Of a DNA stretch of 64,000 nucleotides, positions 13,849 to 28,500 are shown in pieces. The first letter of the stretch is position 1. Each line of letters starts with the position of its first letter. The translations under genes were made by a program, and so were the position numbers. The stretch is from Microbotryum violaceum (Eukaryota). The notes beneath the pieces were generated by a model. That model made no database searches and was not told the DNA's origin. It saw only the letters and a program-made list of their open reading frames with translations. The stretch lies in contig CDLV01000012.1 of NCBI GenBank assembly GCA_001244265.2, positions 930,001-994,000 of the forward strand, written 5' to 3'.

Positions 13849-15458
13849 ATGACCTCGCCGCTGTCAGCTTTCCGTATCTCCGGTGGAGGAACCTTCGAGG
13901 AGGCCAAGGAGGTCGAGATTGTGGACCAGCTCGTGCTGCCGCACACGGTCCAGTGGGAGACCGTCAACACGATCGAAGGTGCTTTCGCAGCGATCAAGTC
14001 GATGAAGGTCCGTTCAGCTTCTTGTCTCCCCCCCGCCCCCTCGATGAACTGACACAGTGTTCAGTGTGACTCTCTAGTGTGACACGCATCATGCTGAACG
14101 TTGATCCCCACTGGACCGTCCCCCCACAGATTCGAGGGGCCCCCGCCATCGCCTCGCTTGCTTCGTTAGGCATCGCTTCCGAGCTCTACACGCTGCTTTC
14201 CGGCTCATCGTCGCCGGCGTTTCCCGTCTCGTCACTCGAATCTACCCCGAAACTGCTCGATTTCTTGCTCCAACAGACCGCCTACCTGTTGACGTCCCGA
14301 CCGACAGCAGTCAACCTCTTGGAAGCGCTCAACCGTATCGAAGCCGTGGCCAATTCGACCGCGGCCGAAGCAGGAGCGACCGCCGAGCAGCTGGCCAAAG
14401 CCGTCATCAAGGTCGCGATCAAAGTGTTTGAGGAGGACAAGGAGCGATGTCAGCGCATTGGAGACAATGGGGCCGATTGGATCGTCAACAAGCTAGAGGG
14501 CGAGGGGTCCATCGAAAAAGGCGAAAAAATCGCTGTGCTGACGGTCTGTCTCAAGCACAGTCGGCGGGAACCATCGTGGACGTGTAGAATGCTGATCTAG
14601 CCATCGGCATACGTACACACAGGTTTGCAACACTGGCTCATTGGCAACTTCCGTTCGTTTCGTCCTCTCCGTTACGCGTCGCACTCTGCCTCCCCCGAGA
14701 CTGACCTCGGTGACTGTCGACAGGGCTACGGGACGGCACTGGGTGTTATCGCTTCGTTGGCCGCCAAGAGACGGCTATTGCATGCCTACTTTGCTCAAAC
14801 AGGTCCTTATCAACAAGGAGCCCGCTTGACCTCGCTCGAACTCGCAAGTCTGGGGGTTAAAAACACCATGGTGTGCGATACCGCGATCGGCGCCTTGATC
14901 GCAGAAAAGAGGATCCACCTCTTCGTCGCCGGTGCGGACCGGTCAGTCTATCGCTCTTCAGACCTCATCTCGCTCCGGCATACTTATCTGATCATGCTTC
15001 GCATCAATTCTTACAGAATCGCTGCAAACGGTGATACGGCCAACAAGATCTCCACGTACCAGATCTCTCACCTTTGCTCCTCCCCTCACCCATTCTCGCC
15101 CAACCCGCCCGTTCCAGTGCTCGTGGCGGCCCCCGTAGCCACCTTGGATCTAGCGATGGAGTCCGGACGGTCGATCGTCATCGAGCAACGACCGTCGTGG
15201 GAAGCGTGCACTGTTCGTGGACGAGTCGTCGACGTCGCTCAGATGGCAAAGTCGAACGGTACGGTTCCGCAAGAACAAGAGATCAAGGTCGCGACGGTTC
15301 TCATCACCCCGCCAGGCACACGAGCATGGAATCCTGCTTTCGACGTCACACCCGCGGGCTTAATAAGTGGTATCGTTACCGAATTCGGCGTTGCGCATCC
15401 GTTAGGGAAGGACGGTCACTATGACCTCCAGAAATTTGTGTCTGCCAACCGCAAGTAG
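13849..15458 (+). CDS. MRI1: Methylthioribose-1-phosphate isomerase (methionine salvage)
   Basis: IVDQLVLPH, IKSMK|IRGAPAIA, SRPTAVNL, CNTGSLATS|GYGTALG, GADR|IAANGDTANKI, WNPAFDVTP. Confidence 0.93.
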
Positions 15459-15624
15459 ACGCAAGGAGCAAAGGCCATGAGGAATATAGAACAGAACTTT
15501 ACCGCGGCACGCGGTTCGTCACATATGTGTCCGCTCGACATCACGACATAACGCTGTCGGGTGTACGGTGAAAACCAACTGCGGTTCTAAATAAGAACAA
15601 ACAATAGCCTCAAAAGTAGGATGT

Positions 15625-18600
15625 CTACTCCATTCGGTACCCGTCGCCATCGTATGACCGCGACTGCAAATGACACGTCTGGTGCCACAAATGACCATTC
15701 TTGCCGACCACGATCCCATTCGGGGGCTCGAGTTTTGCTTCGGCCGGTCTACCACGAGCGCGTGGATCCGACAAGGCCGGCCAGTCAACCTCCTTGCCCT
15801 TGATCGAGGGTCGCTGTTTCATCTTTGGGCGACCCGTCAACCCGAGCGAATCGACGACGAGGGATACCGAGGCGCTCCGACTCATCGGCGGCGAAGTTCC
15901 ATGTCCGGCTGGACCCCACACGGATTGCAGGCACTCGGCACAGACTTGACCCTTGGCTCGCCATCCTTTGGCACCCTCAACTTGGAGCGTTTCGACGTAT
16001 TCGAACAAGTCTTGCGACGCAATCGAGGATGTCAACTGGAGGAACTCGCCTTCCGACACATATGTATCGAGCATGGAGGTGACGATGGCTTTGAACTCGC
16101 GATAAGCGCGGTCGCCCGCGGGCGAGCGGGCGTTCGAGTCGATGATGCGGCGCATCAGATCTGGGAATGATACTTCGCGCGTCGACGTCGTTGACACCAG
16201 CGAAGACAGAGCACTTGGGATCAACGACGACAGAACATCTTGGGCTCGTGGGGAAAGGGGTTCAGGTTCATCGTCGTTGACGATGATGGATGCGCCAGAA
16301 ATGCGACGATGTGAAGACGAGCGGTCAGAGTGTCGAACAGGGGCAGGAGCGATGGCGCGGACGGCGCGGATCGTAGTCACCAAGGATTCGAGCAAACTGA
16401 ACCATAGGTCCTCAATTGACATCTCCTGAGTTCGCTGGGGACCGGTTGCCTGCTTGACGCAGGTTGCGATCGCCACTATCGAGATGGCTGCAATCTGCTC
16501 GACCAGCGTATCGCTTGCCGACCTTGCCCGTAATACCCGGGGACGTTCGTCCTCGTCATCCTCTTCTTCGATCTCGTGCGCCTGAGACGGCTTTCCATTT
16601 AGCATGAGCTGTACGAGTTGGCCGACTCGCTTTTCGAGCGTCTCGTTCACTTTCTCGAGCGCCGCCTTGGTACTTCCGCGCCGATCCAAGGACCACACGA
16701 GAGCGTCGAACGCTTCAGCACGCTCGCAGATGCGAAGAACCTCGTCGTCATCGATGAGGCGTTCAACATCGGCTTCCAAGAACCGAATGACGTTCCGCGG
16801 GTCGTGGGTACACAGCAGGGATAGATATCTTAGGCGCAGCGGCCTGTCGGGGCGAGCTGAGGGCGCGCGATGGCCATGACCCGGTTCCGAGTGGGCCTCG
16901 GTGTGCGCGGGTTCGAGTAGACAGCGGAGATACGCAAACTGCCTCCATTGATTCGAGCCAAGTCGATCGATAATCGCAGCATGATATGACGGCAGGAAAT
17001 TGTCGATCAGATCGGCCAGATGTTGAAGCCCATGTTCCTCGGCCTGGATTAAAGTCGGAACCGCGTCCAAGATCGTCTCGGCCAAGTCATCGACCTGTTT
17101 TGTGTCGACCGCTTTGCTCGCCAGCTTAAGTGTAGCATGTAGATGCAGAAATACGTCGCTGCCAATGTTTGGGTCACGGACGTAGGTTGATGCCAGCGCC
17201 GCCCACTTCTTCGAACTGCGATAGATGGATCGCAGCACTCGGAAGAAGCCCGCCTTCTCGAACAAGGCAATCATACTATCGAGATCGGGAGGCGTATAAC
17301 TCGACAGAAGGTATTCGGCGGCAAGTTGACGATCCTCAATAGTACTTTGATCCAAATCGGTGACAAGCTCGATCAGGACTTGTTGCAGGACGGCAGGCTT
17401 GAGGCGGATGTACTGCGGATACTTTGGCATGTTGCGGGCGACGAAGATGTTGAAGAAGGTCCTGTCGATGGCCGTGAACTCGTCGTTGGGGCTCGTCATC
17501 GACGGGTGCATCACTTCGAGCAAGCGATCGATGATGATTTGTCGAGTCATGCTTTTACCCGCGGCATCGTCATCATCCAAATACGACTCCTCGAAGGCGA
17601 GGTCCAAGGCGTCGAGGAAAGCCTCGGCGTCGAATCGGAGCAGGAGCCGCAGATACGGATACGTCGGCTCGTTTGTGCCTTCGTCGTCCGATGTGAGGAC
17701 AGGTCGACCGCCCTTTGCGGGCCAGGATATGGTCGATCCAGACAACAGAAAGCAAAAGACAGCGCTGCGAGCTCGATTGCCCTCGGCGTAGGGAAGGGGC
17801 TCTCGACTGGGGTACGTCAAGCCGGTCAATGCCTGGGCGATATAGGCGAAAATCTTGTACGCATCGGGCACCGTCGCTTCCACACCGTCATCGGCCCATG
17901 GAGATGTATACTCGCTAATAGGATCGTCAAATGAGGAAGTCGCATCGCTGGCATCAAATTCGCCTACTCTTCGTGGTCGATCCTTGCGATGCAGCACAAT
18001 TGCTCGCACAAGCCCCAGCAGTTCGACGAGGGGCGCGACAAAGTCGTGCATTGCACGAGTGTAGACGTAGACCATGGCATCGTACAACTTTTGGCGTTGA
18101 CAGAGTCCCAGTGCCTGGTTGATGTCGATGGCTTCGGGATCGACATGCCAAATGATTCGCTGTGCCGCCTCGAATTGCCCTCTTTCCTCGTGGATGGCGA
18201 TCAGCCGCTGACTCACACTCGGGGGAAGAGCGTGGACGGATCCAGACAGGACGAAGGGCTCTATCCGCTCAAGAAAAATCGAATCGATGCCATTCTTCTC
18301 GTAGTGTTCGTACAATTCATCGAACAGCCAGTCGACGTCCCCCGTCGCCAAGCAAGCGCGCACGCAGGTTCCGACGAGACCTTCAAAAAGCTGTTGCATC
18401 GTTGCGCCGTCGGCGTGACTGCCGTCTCGCAATCGGTCCTCAGCAAAGACAAAATCGAGTGATGCCGCCAGAATCTCGCGCAGTTTGGGCTCTATGATGT
18501 CGCGCCTGGCTACAGGATCGTCTGGTAGCGCAATAGTCGAAGCATCGGATTGTCCCAGGGCGTACAATGTCGTCAACTCGATGGCTTCCAGGATGGATCC

Positions 18601-21152
18601 GGGCTGCATCAGACCGAGTATCTTGTCGGCCCAAGAGAGGATAGCGCCAACACGCACTTCACCCGTGGTCTGCACGAACAAACCGATACCAGAGCGGTCA
18701 GTCGACCATTGTCTTCCCCAAATCATGTGTTAATGTGTTACAACATCACTCACCAGCGCAAACAGCTTCTTCTTGTGGGTGGCGAGGCTCGAAGAGTACG
18801 ACAGGTGCTGAGCCGAAGCCGAAGATGAGGCCTTGACAGGGAAAGCGGAGGCATAGTAGTTGTGGGCGACTAAATGACGCACATCGAGTGCGTCCCTTCC
18901 CAATCGTTGCCGAGATGACACGTCCCAGATATCGACACAGTTTTCCGTGATCACAAAAATTATCTGTCGTCGAACCAACCGAGAGATCAGCAATGGCCAA
19001 GTTTTTCTCTAAGGCCAGGCATGACACCTACACGTTGACTGTACCATTGAATGCCCACCACCGGCCCGTCACAGATCCATCCCTCGTTCTCCACGAACTG
19101 GATTCCCGTACTCAAGGACCCATCGGCATTGTCTTGCACTTCCTTGCGTACGCCCACGAGTCTGATCCTTTTCCCCCAAGCAAACGCCAAGAGCGGGTCC
19201 TGCCCCTCAGCCGGTAAGTCCTTCGGTTTCGGTGTCCCATTTGTGACAGGTCCTGCGTCTTTGTCCATACTGGGCCACCAGCTCAACACCCCCGAATTGG
19301 CGTAATCCAAGCCATTCGTTTCATGTTCCCCTTTGACGGGTGTCGATCTCCACCAGGTCCGTGGTGTAGGTTTCAAGCCCACAATGACGAGTTTTGTTGG
19401 GGTCAGGATCGCGACGAGCGACTGGGCATCGCTGGCATGCTGGGCTGGACCGAGCGGCAACGGTGCCATGTCGAATATCGTGGATGGCCTCTTGGGGACC
19501 GAGGCCCGGGCCCCACTCGCTGTGGAAGAGCCCGGCGGATCCGGATATCGACCCAGCATTCGAATGATGTCGGTCGAAGCGAGCATGAGCACTTTGCCGA
19601 GCGAGTGATAGAAAGCAAGGCCTGTTTCGTCAGAGGACACGATCGCGGTGTGCCGGGCCCCCACGAATCCGAGGTGTAGGATTTTCGACCCGATGAGGTG
19701 ACCTTCCTTCCGACCTGACAGTATGAGCTGCAAAGATGCTGGCGGAACGGAGCGAGCAGGCTTGATGGGCTGTACGAGGGCGTAGAGATGGATCCAGCCT
19801 GTGGCATGCCCTGCGGCGATGAAGGTGTGATCTTGTGATATCGCGACTGAGGTGACTGGACCTGCTTCCTTGCCTGGATCGGAGACGGAGCGAGGTATTT
19901 AGCACATTCCTCACTCGACAGTTAACCAAACTGCACGTGCACTCACTGATAGTTTCGGAGCCACACACGCATTTCAGGTTTTGAGCAAAGTCAAAAACCC
20001 TGACCCAACCCTTGTCGGTTCCAATCGCGACGATACTACTGACCGCCAAGGTAGTAGGACGACCTATGAGCCCTGCCGAGGCCGCATTCATTGATGTCAA
20101 CCCTACGATTGCGGACCCGTTCGAGCCGTGGCTCTTTGTCGTGGTCGATGAAGGTGGATAAATGCTCTGCGAAATCCGTTTCAGCGCCGTCCACTTGATC
20201 GGCGCATCGGAGGAGGCTGCCGCCGCACCTGCCTCGGACGTGTTCGCTGTTGAATTTCGTGACGCGCCAAGACCCAATGAAGCGACCCCAGCGCGTTGTG
20301 GGTCGTGGTGATCGCCGCCAAATAGATTCGAGGTCGACGACCTTCGCGAGGCCAAGTCGAACGCCGAAGTCCCCGGCGAATCGAATCGGGGCGGGCCCCC
20401 ATTCTCAAAGTAGGTGCTGCTCGAAACGAAGCGTTGAGGTTGATGCGAGCCCGAACGCAGCCGCGAGAACTGTGGGTGGAAGGAAGGTCGACGCGGAAAG
20501 GCAGAGGAGGTGGATGCAGCAGGCGAACCGTGCACCGAGGTCGCGGCCGAGTGCCGTGCTCCTGGTCGAGTTCGACTCGGCGCGTAGCCCGGGAAGGTGT
20601 CGTCGGATGGGGTGGTGAGAGCAGACGCTGCAGGTGAATCCTGGAGGCAGGGGTCGGATAGGAGTCAGACTTGCGCCAAAGACTAGGTCTCTTTCGCCCA
20701 CTCACTGCCAGTCCGGATTGTGGTGCTCCGATACGAGAGCTGCGTTTCGGTGTGGCTGGTGCACTCGTAGTGCCTGTCGATTCTACACCGTCGACACCTT
20801 CATCGACGATGGCTTTCATTCTCTCTTCGTATGAGCGCGTGTCGTCGAAGTGCACCGGTGTTTCCCCCCTGCTGTGGTCGGTCTGCTCATCCATCTCGTC
20901 GTCATCCATCCGCGGTCTTTCCACATCCTTGCCCGTGTAGACAAAGTCGCCAAACTCGTCCTGGTTTTCGTCATCGCCCTCATCTACTCTGTTTTCATCG
21001 TCTTGGCCGTGCGTGTCGCTCGCAACTCCGAGCACTTGGTCCAGATCAGCTTCGTAGGACGTGTGGGCGAGTGATCGATCGAGTTGTGATCCCGCAGCTT
21101 CGACCGTGTCCTCCGGCACAAATGAAGGTCGAGCTCCGGCAGAGTCGGACAT
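15625..21152 (-). CDS. VPS8: CORVET complex subunit Vps8 (multi-exon)
   Basis: Acidic N-terminus, beta-propeller (IAIGTDKGWVRVFDF, EGHLIGSKILHLGFVG, SSDETGLAFYH), IFLERIEPFVL...LPP, LLRFDAEAFLDALDLAF, C-terminal degenerate RING (CAEC...WHQTC). Confidence 0.88.
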
Positions 21153-21400
21153 GACTTGGATGGTTCAAGTGGAGGGGAGCTGGACTGTATCCCACGTCGA
21201 CGAGGGAGATGTGTTCTATCGCCCTGGTACAGAGGTCATTATGCCTCGGCTGCGAACGCGTGTGGGGGAAAGGCAGAGGCGAGAGGGTCGGCGACGACCT
21301 CGCGCTTGGGCCGGCCACTGCAGCCGGATAATTCTGGAGCTCCTTGATCGCATTACAATGTCATAGTTTCTGCACGATCTTGATAATGTTCCGGAAAGCA

Positions 21401-23085
21401 TTATCCCATCAAGACTTTAGCCCACTGCTCCTGCTCTTTCCCGTGGCTAGCTTCCCACACTCGGTCACTCGGCCATTCCTGAACATCCAGGTACCACCGC
21501 AGCTGTGACATCCATCCCGGCGTGCATTCTGTCGGTGGTGCCACCTTGTCCCAAGCTCGAAGAAGACCCATCCATCCATTCAATCCTGCAGGCCCCGAAG
21601 CTGCATGGACGAGGACTCGCACTAGCCAGAACCAGCCCTGTCGAAAAGCTTTCACCGTTGTCCAATCCCTTCGTCCGTCCCCCGGAAGCTTCAAGATGCG
21701 CACCGTCGGAGCTAGCTCAACCGTGTACCCGAATGAAGAAGCTTTAATCGCCTCGATCGCTTGGTCTCGTGCCCGGTGCAAGTAGGCAGAACTCCGCTCC
21801 GGCGGCAACAGGTGAAATAGGAGCAACAGCGTCTCGACTTGGGACACCAAGTTAGACGCGACGAGTGACGGGATGCGATGCGCCGGAACGTCCTTGGGCG
21901 GCGAGAGGCGAGAAGAGAGAAGCGCATGAGCGCGTTGGTACGTGGTCACGATGAACTCGAGCCGCGGTATCGACCCAGCCGACGGTGCAGAGTTCTCCAG
22001 GAGATGGTCGGCAGCGGCGCAGAGCAAGGACGGGTCATCCTGCCGAGACGAAGCAAGAGCATTGATCGTGCTTAAAACTTGCTCGGGTGCGAGGTAGAGC
22101 GCATGGTTTGTCGGAACGGCGCCCCTACAGCTGGTATTGACGGAGATCTGGGCGAGAACCAACTCGAGCTCCGCGGACGATGACGACGAGGGGCCGAATC
22201 GGGACAGTTCGGCAGCTCGGGACAGTGCAGAGACCGCCGACTCGGCCAATGTGGCACTCGTCGTAGGATCTGAGGTACTGACCAGATCGAGTAACCGCAG
22301 GTCAAGTTCTATCGCCTCGAGTAAGGTGCCGATGACTTGCCGTGGTACAACGATCCGGCCTTCTGTTGCAGCCGCTGTGTGGATGCTACCGGGGTCTGCG
22401 GCAGTCGCATCTTGCATGTCGACCTCTAGCGGTGTATCTGTCGAGCCTTCGCGAAATATTGGGTCGAGCGCACTTCGCTGCAGCTGCTCGACTTCGGAAA
22501 AGATCCGTTTTGCAGCGAGCAGACGTGCATGGTCCGACCCCGTGGCCGCTGAGCTCGATGCTTTTGACGGGGAAGAAAATATGCTGATCCCGTCATCGTA
22601 GAGATCCTGCAGAGCGACCAGGGCCTGGGCGAGATTGAAGCTCGAGTCGATGACCTCATCCGTGCTGGTCGCAGCGGTCTGCGCCATCCGAAACGTGGCG
22701 ATCGCCCTCTGCATCATGTCCACACAGTCCGATGCCTCGAGATGGTCGGATGTCAAAGTGAACATCACCCTTGCGGCATTGTAAACGGGATCAAAGGCCG
22801 GGCTTGTGGACCGCGACGCCGCAAGTCGATACGAAACGATCGCGTTGTGGTAATGTCGGGCTGCCTTTGCACCGTGCTGGTAGCGGTCTCCCTGGCTCTC
22901 TTGCTGTACCCCATCTGCATTGATGGACATGAGAGGCCGACTTGTCAGTCCACTGTGTTACTGCCCCACCCGCCCACGATCGCCTGACCTTGAAGCCATT
23001 GCTCTGAGTCGAGCGAAGCCGCTGCGGCTGTCTCGAGGGAGCTGTAGTTGATCGGAGGCGGTCGAAGTTTCCTTTTAGGAGCCAT
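21401..23085 (-). CDS. Uncharacterised fungal alpha-helical (TPR-like) protein, 2 exons
   Basis: Exon 1 MAPKRKL...SEQWLQ (23085-22989) splices in frame to a ~500-codon exon (DGVQQESQGDRY...FDPVYNAAR...FNLAQAL); Ala/Leu-rich helical repeats. Confidence 0.7.
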
Positions 23086-24477
23086 ACGGGTTATTTCGAG
23101 CGATGGCGACGCAGAGATCGTAGCTGGGTGAGCTGGTCAGCTCGCGAACCGTCATCGCAGCGCGTCCCTGTGCGGGCCCTGTCACCACTCTGCCCATGCG
23201 AGAGTCTTGCGAGCTCGGCTCGAAGCCACAGCGAGCGGGTAGGTGGGGCTCCATCTTGCTACAAGCTACTGTCGAGATGTGAGGCTCCGGATTCTGGCGG
23301 CTCTGTGAAGGTGAGACAAGAAGCCCAAATGATGCAGCTATCATTCAACTGTATTGTTGATTTGCCTCTTTCAGCCTGGTTGTTACGCGAACCAACTTGT
23401 GTCTGCCCCGACTCGTTGGAGTGCTTGGATGATCTCTCATCCCGACAGAGGCCACTGCACCTGTGTGAATGAACGAATGAACGCGGATGGAAAGGTCCAG
23501 GGTGTGCCCACCGCTTATTACTAAAGTAATTTTCATAAATCTGTTTCCTGAGACGAAGCTCTGTGTACGACTTACCACTTGGATTACCGAGCATGTCCGG
23601 AGCTCAGAACCGAGATCAGTGGTTGAGTGCGATGTTCAGTCCAAATGTGACCCACGTCCTGCATCGGGAACGGCGGGAAAGCAGGTCGGTGGGGTGAACA
23701 CGTTCTCGATGTCGGTACTCAGGTAGAAATGGTCTTCAACCTCACTCGGAATTAGGGTATGAGACCTCAAATTACCGAATCCCGAAGCTAAGTGGGTCAC
23801 CCGGCCGGGAACGCTGGCCCAGGACGTCGCAGCGTCGGAGGTCCGCTATATCGGCAACGAAATATCCAACGACCTCACATATTGCAGTCAAATTCGAGCT
23901 CCTATTCAGGATATTCCTCCGCTTGTCGGTCACGATTCAGCAAATTTCAAAGGCCTTTGAGACCGACTTGGCCAAGCACGTGACCTCGCAGGCTTTTGAC
24001 CGAGCCCGGAGCCCTCAGCTGTTATCTTGTCGTAAGGGGATACTGCGCTCCGCAGTAGAGTGTGAACAGAGGCTGCAGCACACCTTGGAAAGTGCACCTT
24101 GCAAAGACGAATTGAGCTGCAGAAGCTGCTGCAGCCGCTGGATCTGGCTCGAAGCTGACTCGCGCTCGATCGATCGTCGGCCGCGGCGGGCACATTGGAC
24201 GCAATGACGACATGCTGCCACACTTGGCTCGGCAGCGCTCGCGTCGACCGAACGAGGCTACCTTCTGGAACGGGGGAAATCCAAAGAGAACGGCTCCCTC
24301 TTGCACTCTCTCCCATCACTCGCCACCATTTCTTCTCTTTTTGCTTCCGCTACACGTCAATCGCGCCGAGCTACTGCCTTCACCTGCTCCACTCCCCACA
24401 AGCTCTCATCAGCAAACTCATCGAGCTTCCTGCGCCTCGGACCTCGTCACTTTTCAAGTTGTCGATCTCGATCCAGC

Positions 24478-25561
24478 ATGTCCAACGACCCCTACACCGC
24501 GAAGGCTGCGTCCAATGCCTCGCCCGCCGAGATGATCAAGGAGCTGCGTGACGAAGTCATCAAGTCGTCCAAGTGTAGGTCATTATCGAAGCCATGCCTG
24601 ACACCAGGTGCCTCACGTGCTTTCCCCCAACGATAACGCGCCTCCTGTCTCGACCACCACCGAACCGCTCCGGGGGACCAAGCTGACCTAGACGTCGCCG
24701 ATTAACTTCGTTATGCAGTCGCTATGCTCACCACTCGCAGCAAGGATGGTACTCTTCATTCGAGGGCCAGTGAGTACACCCTTGGCACCTCTTTATATGT
24801 CCCTCAGGCGGCTTCTGACAATATACCCGTTCGCGGTTGATTCGTCCTCCCCCTGCCCTCCCATCTCAGTGAGTCCCGCCTCCGACAAGGGTCTTGTTTT
24901 CGTCTTCATCGCCAACAACGAGTCGGGTTAGTCTGAGAAAAGGGGACGGAATTGCAGTTCGTCCAAAGACACTGAACTCGTCTCTTCCATGCCATCCCCA
25001 CAGGCAAATTCGACGACCTCGAACACGATGAGAACGTGAACATTTCATTCTCAGACGCTTCGAGCACCAACTGGGCTTCGGTGTCGGGCAAGGCGTGAGT
25101 GTGGCAAATTGGCCGCTAACCTTATTATAGAGCATCCTTATCTGTAGCTGAGCATCTCAATTCTGTGTGGTATCATTGTCGCACACTCAGCAAGACCATG
25201 ACGGACCCCGAGTCGATCAAGCCGTTCTGGAACCCCGCGCTCAAGGCTTGGTTTGGAGACCTCGGTGGCGAGAAGAACGGCACGTACACGGACCCCCGTG
25301 TATCGGCTATTGTAAATCCCGCCCTCGTCGTGCCTTGCATGTCTTTTCTGGCTTCTTTCTGACCAGCCTCGTCTATCTGCCCGAATTGTGCAGGAAGTGC
25401 GCCCTTCCGAGATCAACTACTGGGTGTCGACGCGCACCTCGATCGGACAAGTTCTCGACGTCGCCAAATCGGCTCTCACTGGGGAAACAGCAGCACCTGG
25501 TCACCTGCGCACCATCTATGGCTCAGACTTGGAGATCGCCAAGACAAGTGAGCAGAAGTAG
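24478..25561 (+). CDS. BLI-3-like / general stress protein 26 family (FMN-binding split barrel), 6 exons
   Basis: Spliced: MSNDPYTAKA...FAMLTTRSKDGTLHSRAM...FIANNESGKFDDLEHDENVNISF...WASVSGKA...WNPALKAWFGDLG...DPRVSAIEV...TGETAAPGHLRTI. Confidence 0.88.
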
Positions 25562-28500
25562 GCGTGCAATTTGGCTTCACGCTTCGCATCACGCCAAGGA
25601 CAACATGTTTCAGCTCGTTCAAACACTTCTAGCTCTGTAGCAGTCCGTGATCCATCAAATTTGAAGTTCAATTGTGAAATGTACATAGCATCGTTCCTCT
25701 GGCACTTGTATTTGCTCTTAGATAGTGACAAAATCCTACAACCTCAGCATTCGTCGTAAGTGCTCTCTGCTCCAGATCATGCAGGGTCACGTTTAGTTGG
25801 ATCGTATCACAGTAGTGAGCAACATGTGTCTAATCGATTAAGAAACACATTCCTATATCCCACATCAGTACATGGTCGAAGTAGTATGAGCGGACCCGAA
25901 AGTCTCTGAGTCATGATTGGCTCTTTCAAAAAGATGACACCGCACACCGCCTGCAAATCATAGGGGCCTCATTTCAGTAGTCCCCGACGATGCGCCTCAG
26001 TCTCTCGACCGGCGACTGAGCAATATACGGTCGATGGTGATGTTGTGGACTTGGTATTGCTACTCTGGAATCCAGTGCGTGGCAGTGCTATTCAGTTCAC
26101 CTGCGTCGCGAGTGACGGAGTGCAGCCGGGGCGTTCGCCTACTGCGCTACAGTTTCGGAAAGGAGATTGCGACAGCAGTTGCTCGTATACAGACCAGTCA
26201 ATTTTGACGTGGTACATGGACCTTCATGTTAGAATCTTCGACCTGTCGAATGTGCACGGAAATGTAGGAATCATCAGGAGCCGAGGAAATGGTGAAGGGC
26301 TGCCACTGTCAGGCGGGCGAGCTCTGCCACTTTGAGGAACAACCACTGCCCAGGTTTGTGGCGAAATGAAGGGTGGTTGAAACACAGCTCATTCACACGG
26401 CCAGGATGGAGTACAACCTTTACCAAATCGATCAGTCAGCTCGAGCGAACTTGTTAAAATTTGCCCGTGCTCGGCAAGCGCTGCGCAATCTTGACTGCGG
26501 GCACAAGTGAGCCGGTCGACTTATCAAGCGCACCATGAGCTCCAGGAAGTACATCAACCCAGCTCAGGTTGTCTGATACCATGAACTGTAGCCGAGGCAG
26601 CGCACTGATTGGTCCGGCAGAACACCGCGAACAAAGCATCCAGCTGCACAAGACGGCGAGGCACAAGCGCGGGGCTTGTGAGGAAACGGATCGCCAAACA
26701 CAGAGAAGAGGAAATCGGCTCACTCGCAGTCCCAGTAGTAAAAGGAACGACTGTGAACGCATCAATATTAGTCAGCATTATCACGAGCGAGAACGCACTG
26801 ACCAAGTGGTGCGTGTACCGAAAGGCCTCAACGCATTCAGTCCTAATACTTTTGGGCGCAGTGCTATAGATGGGGAGCAGAATTATCATGTGGCCGGCGA
26901 ATCCACCTGCAGGAAGAAATATGCAGCCGGAAGTCGGCGTGCAAGACGGCAGGTGTCAAACGACACTGCGCAGAGTGAGGAAACCAGAAAATGATTTCTA
27001 CCCTGCCTGCGTGTACATGGTTGCCCAAGCGGTTTCCTTGCTGATCTGAGTACGTTGGACGTTGAGCATGTTGATACATGTGGCGTGACAGGCGCATTAA
27101 GCTGAATTTGGGTCAGAATGGACGTCTAGAAATCCGAGCAGATTGTCTGGCGCAAGTCGACAGAGCACCAAGGTTGGCGTTGGCGAGCAAATGACGTACA
27201 GGTCCGACGAGACAGCTCACAGCATGTTCCAAACCAGCTTCGAACCCGATAGTTAGAGGCGAGAGAGCACGTATGACTGCCTGTATCAATCGTGCGAGCC
27301 GCCACGGAGACGCGCGACTGATGGGACAGGAGTCACAGCGCTGTCCCGGCCTAGGGAGTGCTCGGCGCCGGGCTCACCTAAACTGCGCAGCGCTGCGGCA
27401 CGGGCCCACACATGCACTACATCTACCGGTCTTAACAGTGGGTGTTTTGGTGCGTACGCAAAGCCATATTCCAGGTATTGAGTTCACCATGGATGCACCA
27501 GTCCAGCTGGAAGCCCAGTGGGAGTTCCAGCGCGCCCCGCCAAAGCCCTGCAGTGTTGTACGCACTCCTTTTTGTTTCGAGATTTGTAAATAATTTATAT
27601 ACCTTGTGGAATAGTCTTGCATGTGTAGCGTTCAGCGAGCGCTGAATCGACTCAAAAGTGACTCTTTTTTTTGAGTAGCAACGTGGACTACCTGAGCAAG
27701 TAGATAAACAGGTGGGGCCAGTAAACCCGGTCGGCCGAGCCACGTCGGCGAGAGCAAGCTAACCCGGCTGCATTTGCTTGGTTAGCGCGCGCCGCGCACG
27801 AGCCCGCCCGTCATAACGACAGAGAATGAAAGTCAACTGACACCAAAGCCGCGTCCTCGGGTAGCATTGCCTACTACGGGTACATGCCTACTCATTACAC
27901 ACACCGTAAGGACCTTTCAAGCGTCTGTCTATCTCCCTTGGCTAACTTTTTTTTTGTATCAAGCCTGATTAGATTTCACATATTCGGTTATCTACGCAAA
28001 ATCAGTGTTTCTTGAAAAGGGGGGTTGGACTTATATAAAGTCATAGCCACTAGATCCATGCAGCCCCCACACTCCCGAAACCACCAAAAGTGTGATTCCA
28101 ATCATGTGAGCACCAACCTATTTACTTTTAACTTGAGTTGGCGGGTGCGTAGTGAAAGGCGTGAAAGGCACGAGATCGCTCTCGAGCCTCACTACCGGTT
28201 CTGAAAGAATCAAACGGTGTAATTCGCAGGCGCAGAAGGAGAATGAGAATTTGAAAGACCGTCAAAAGAACCAACGTCAAGAGATGCTGCGGCGCCGCGC
28301 GCGAGGCCAAGCTTGAGGCGGCCGATATTGGCCCGAAATATTGGCTCGAGGAGGCCTTACACGCCGCTCATTCGAGAAATCTGCAAAGCATTTGGCCTGG
28401 CGATAATTCTCCAACGTGTACCTGGTGTCGAATCGAACACCAAGGTAGCTGCCTCCTGCGCGCAATTGTCTACTCGTGAACAATGCGATGTAGGTAAGTA

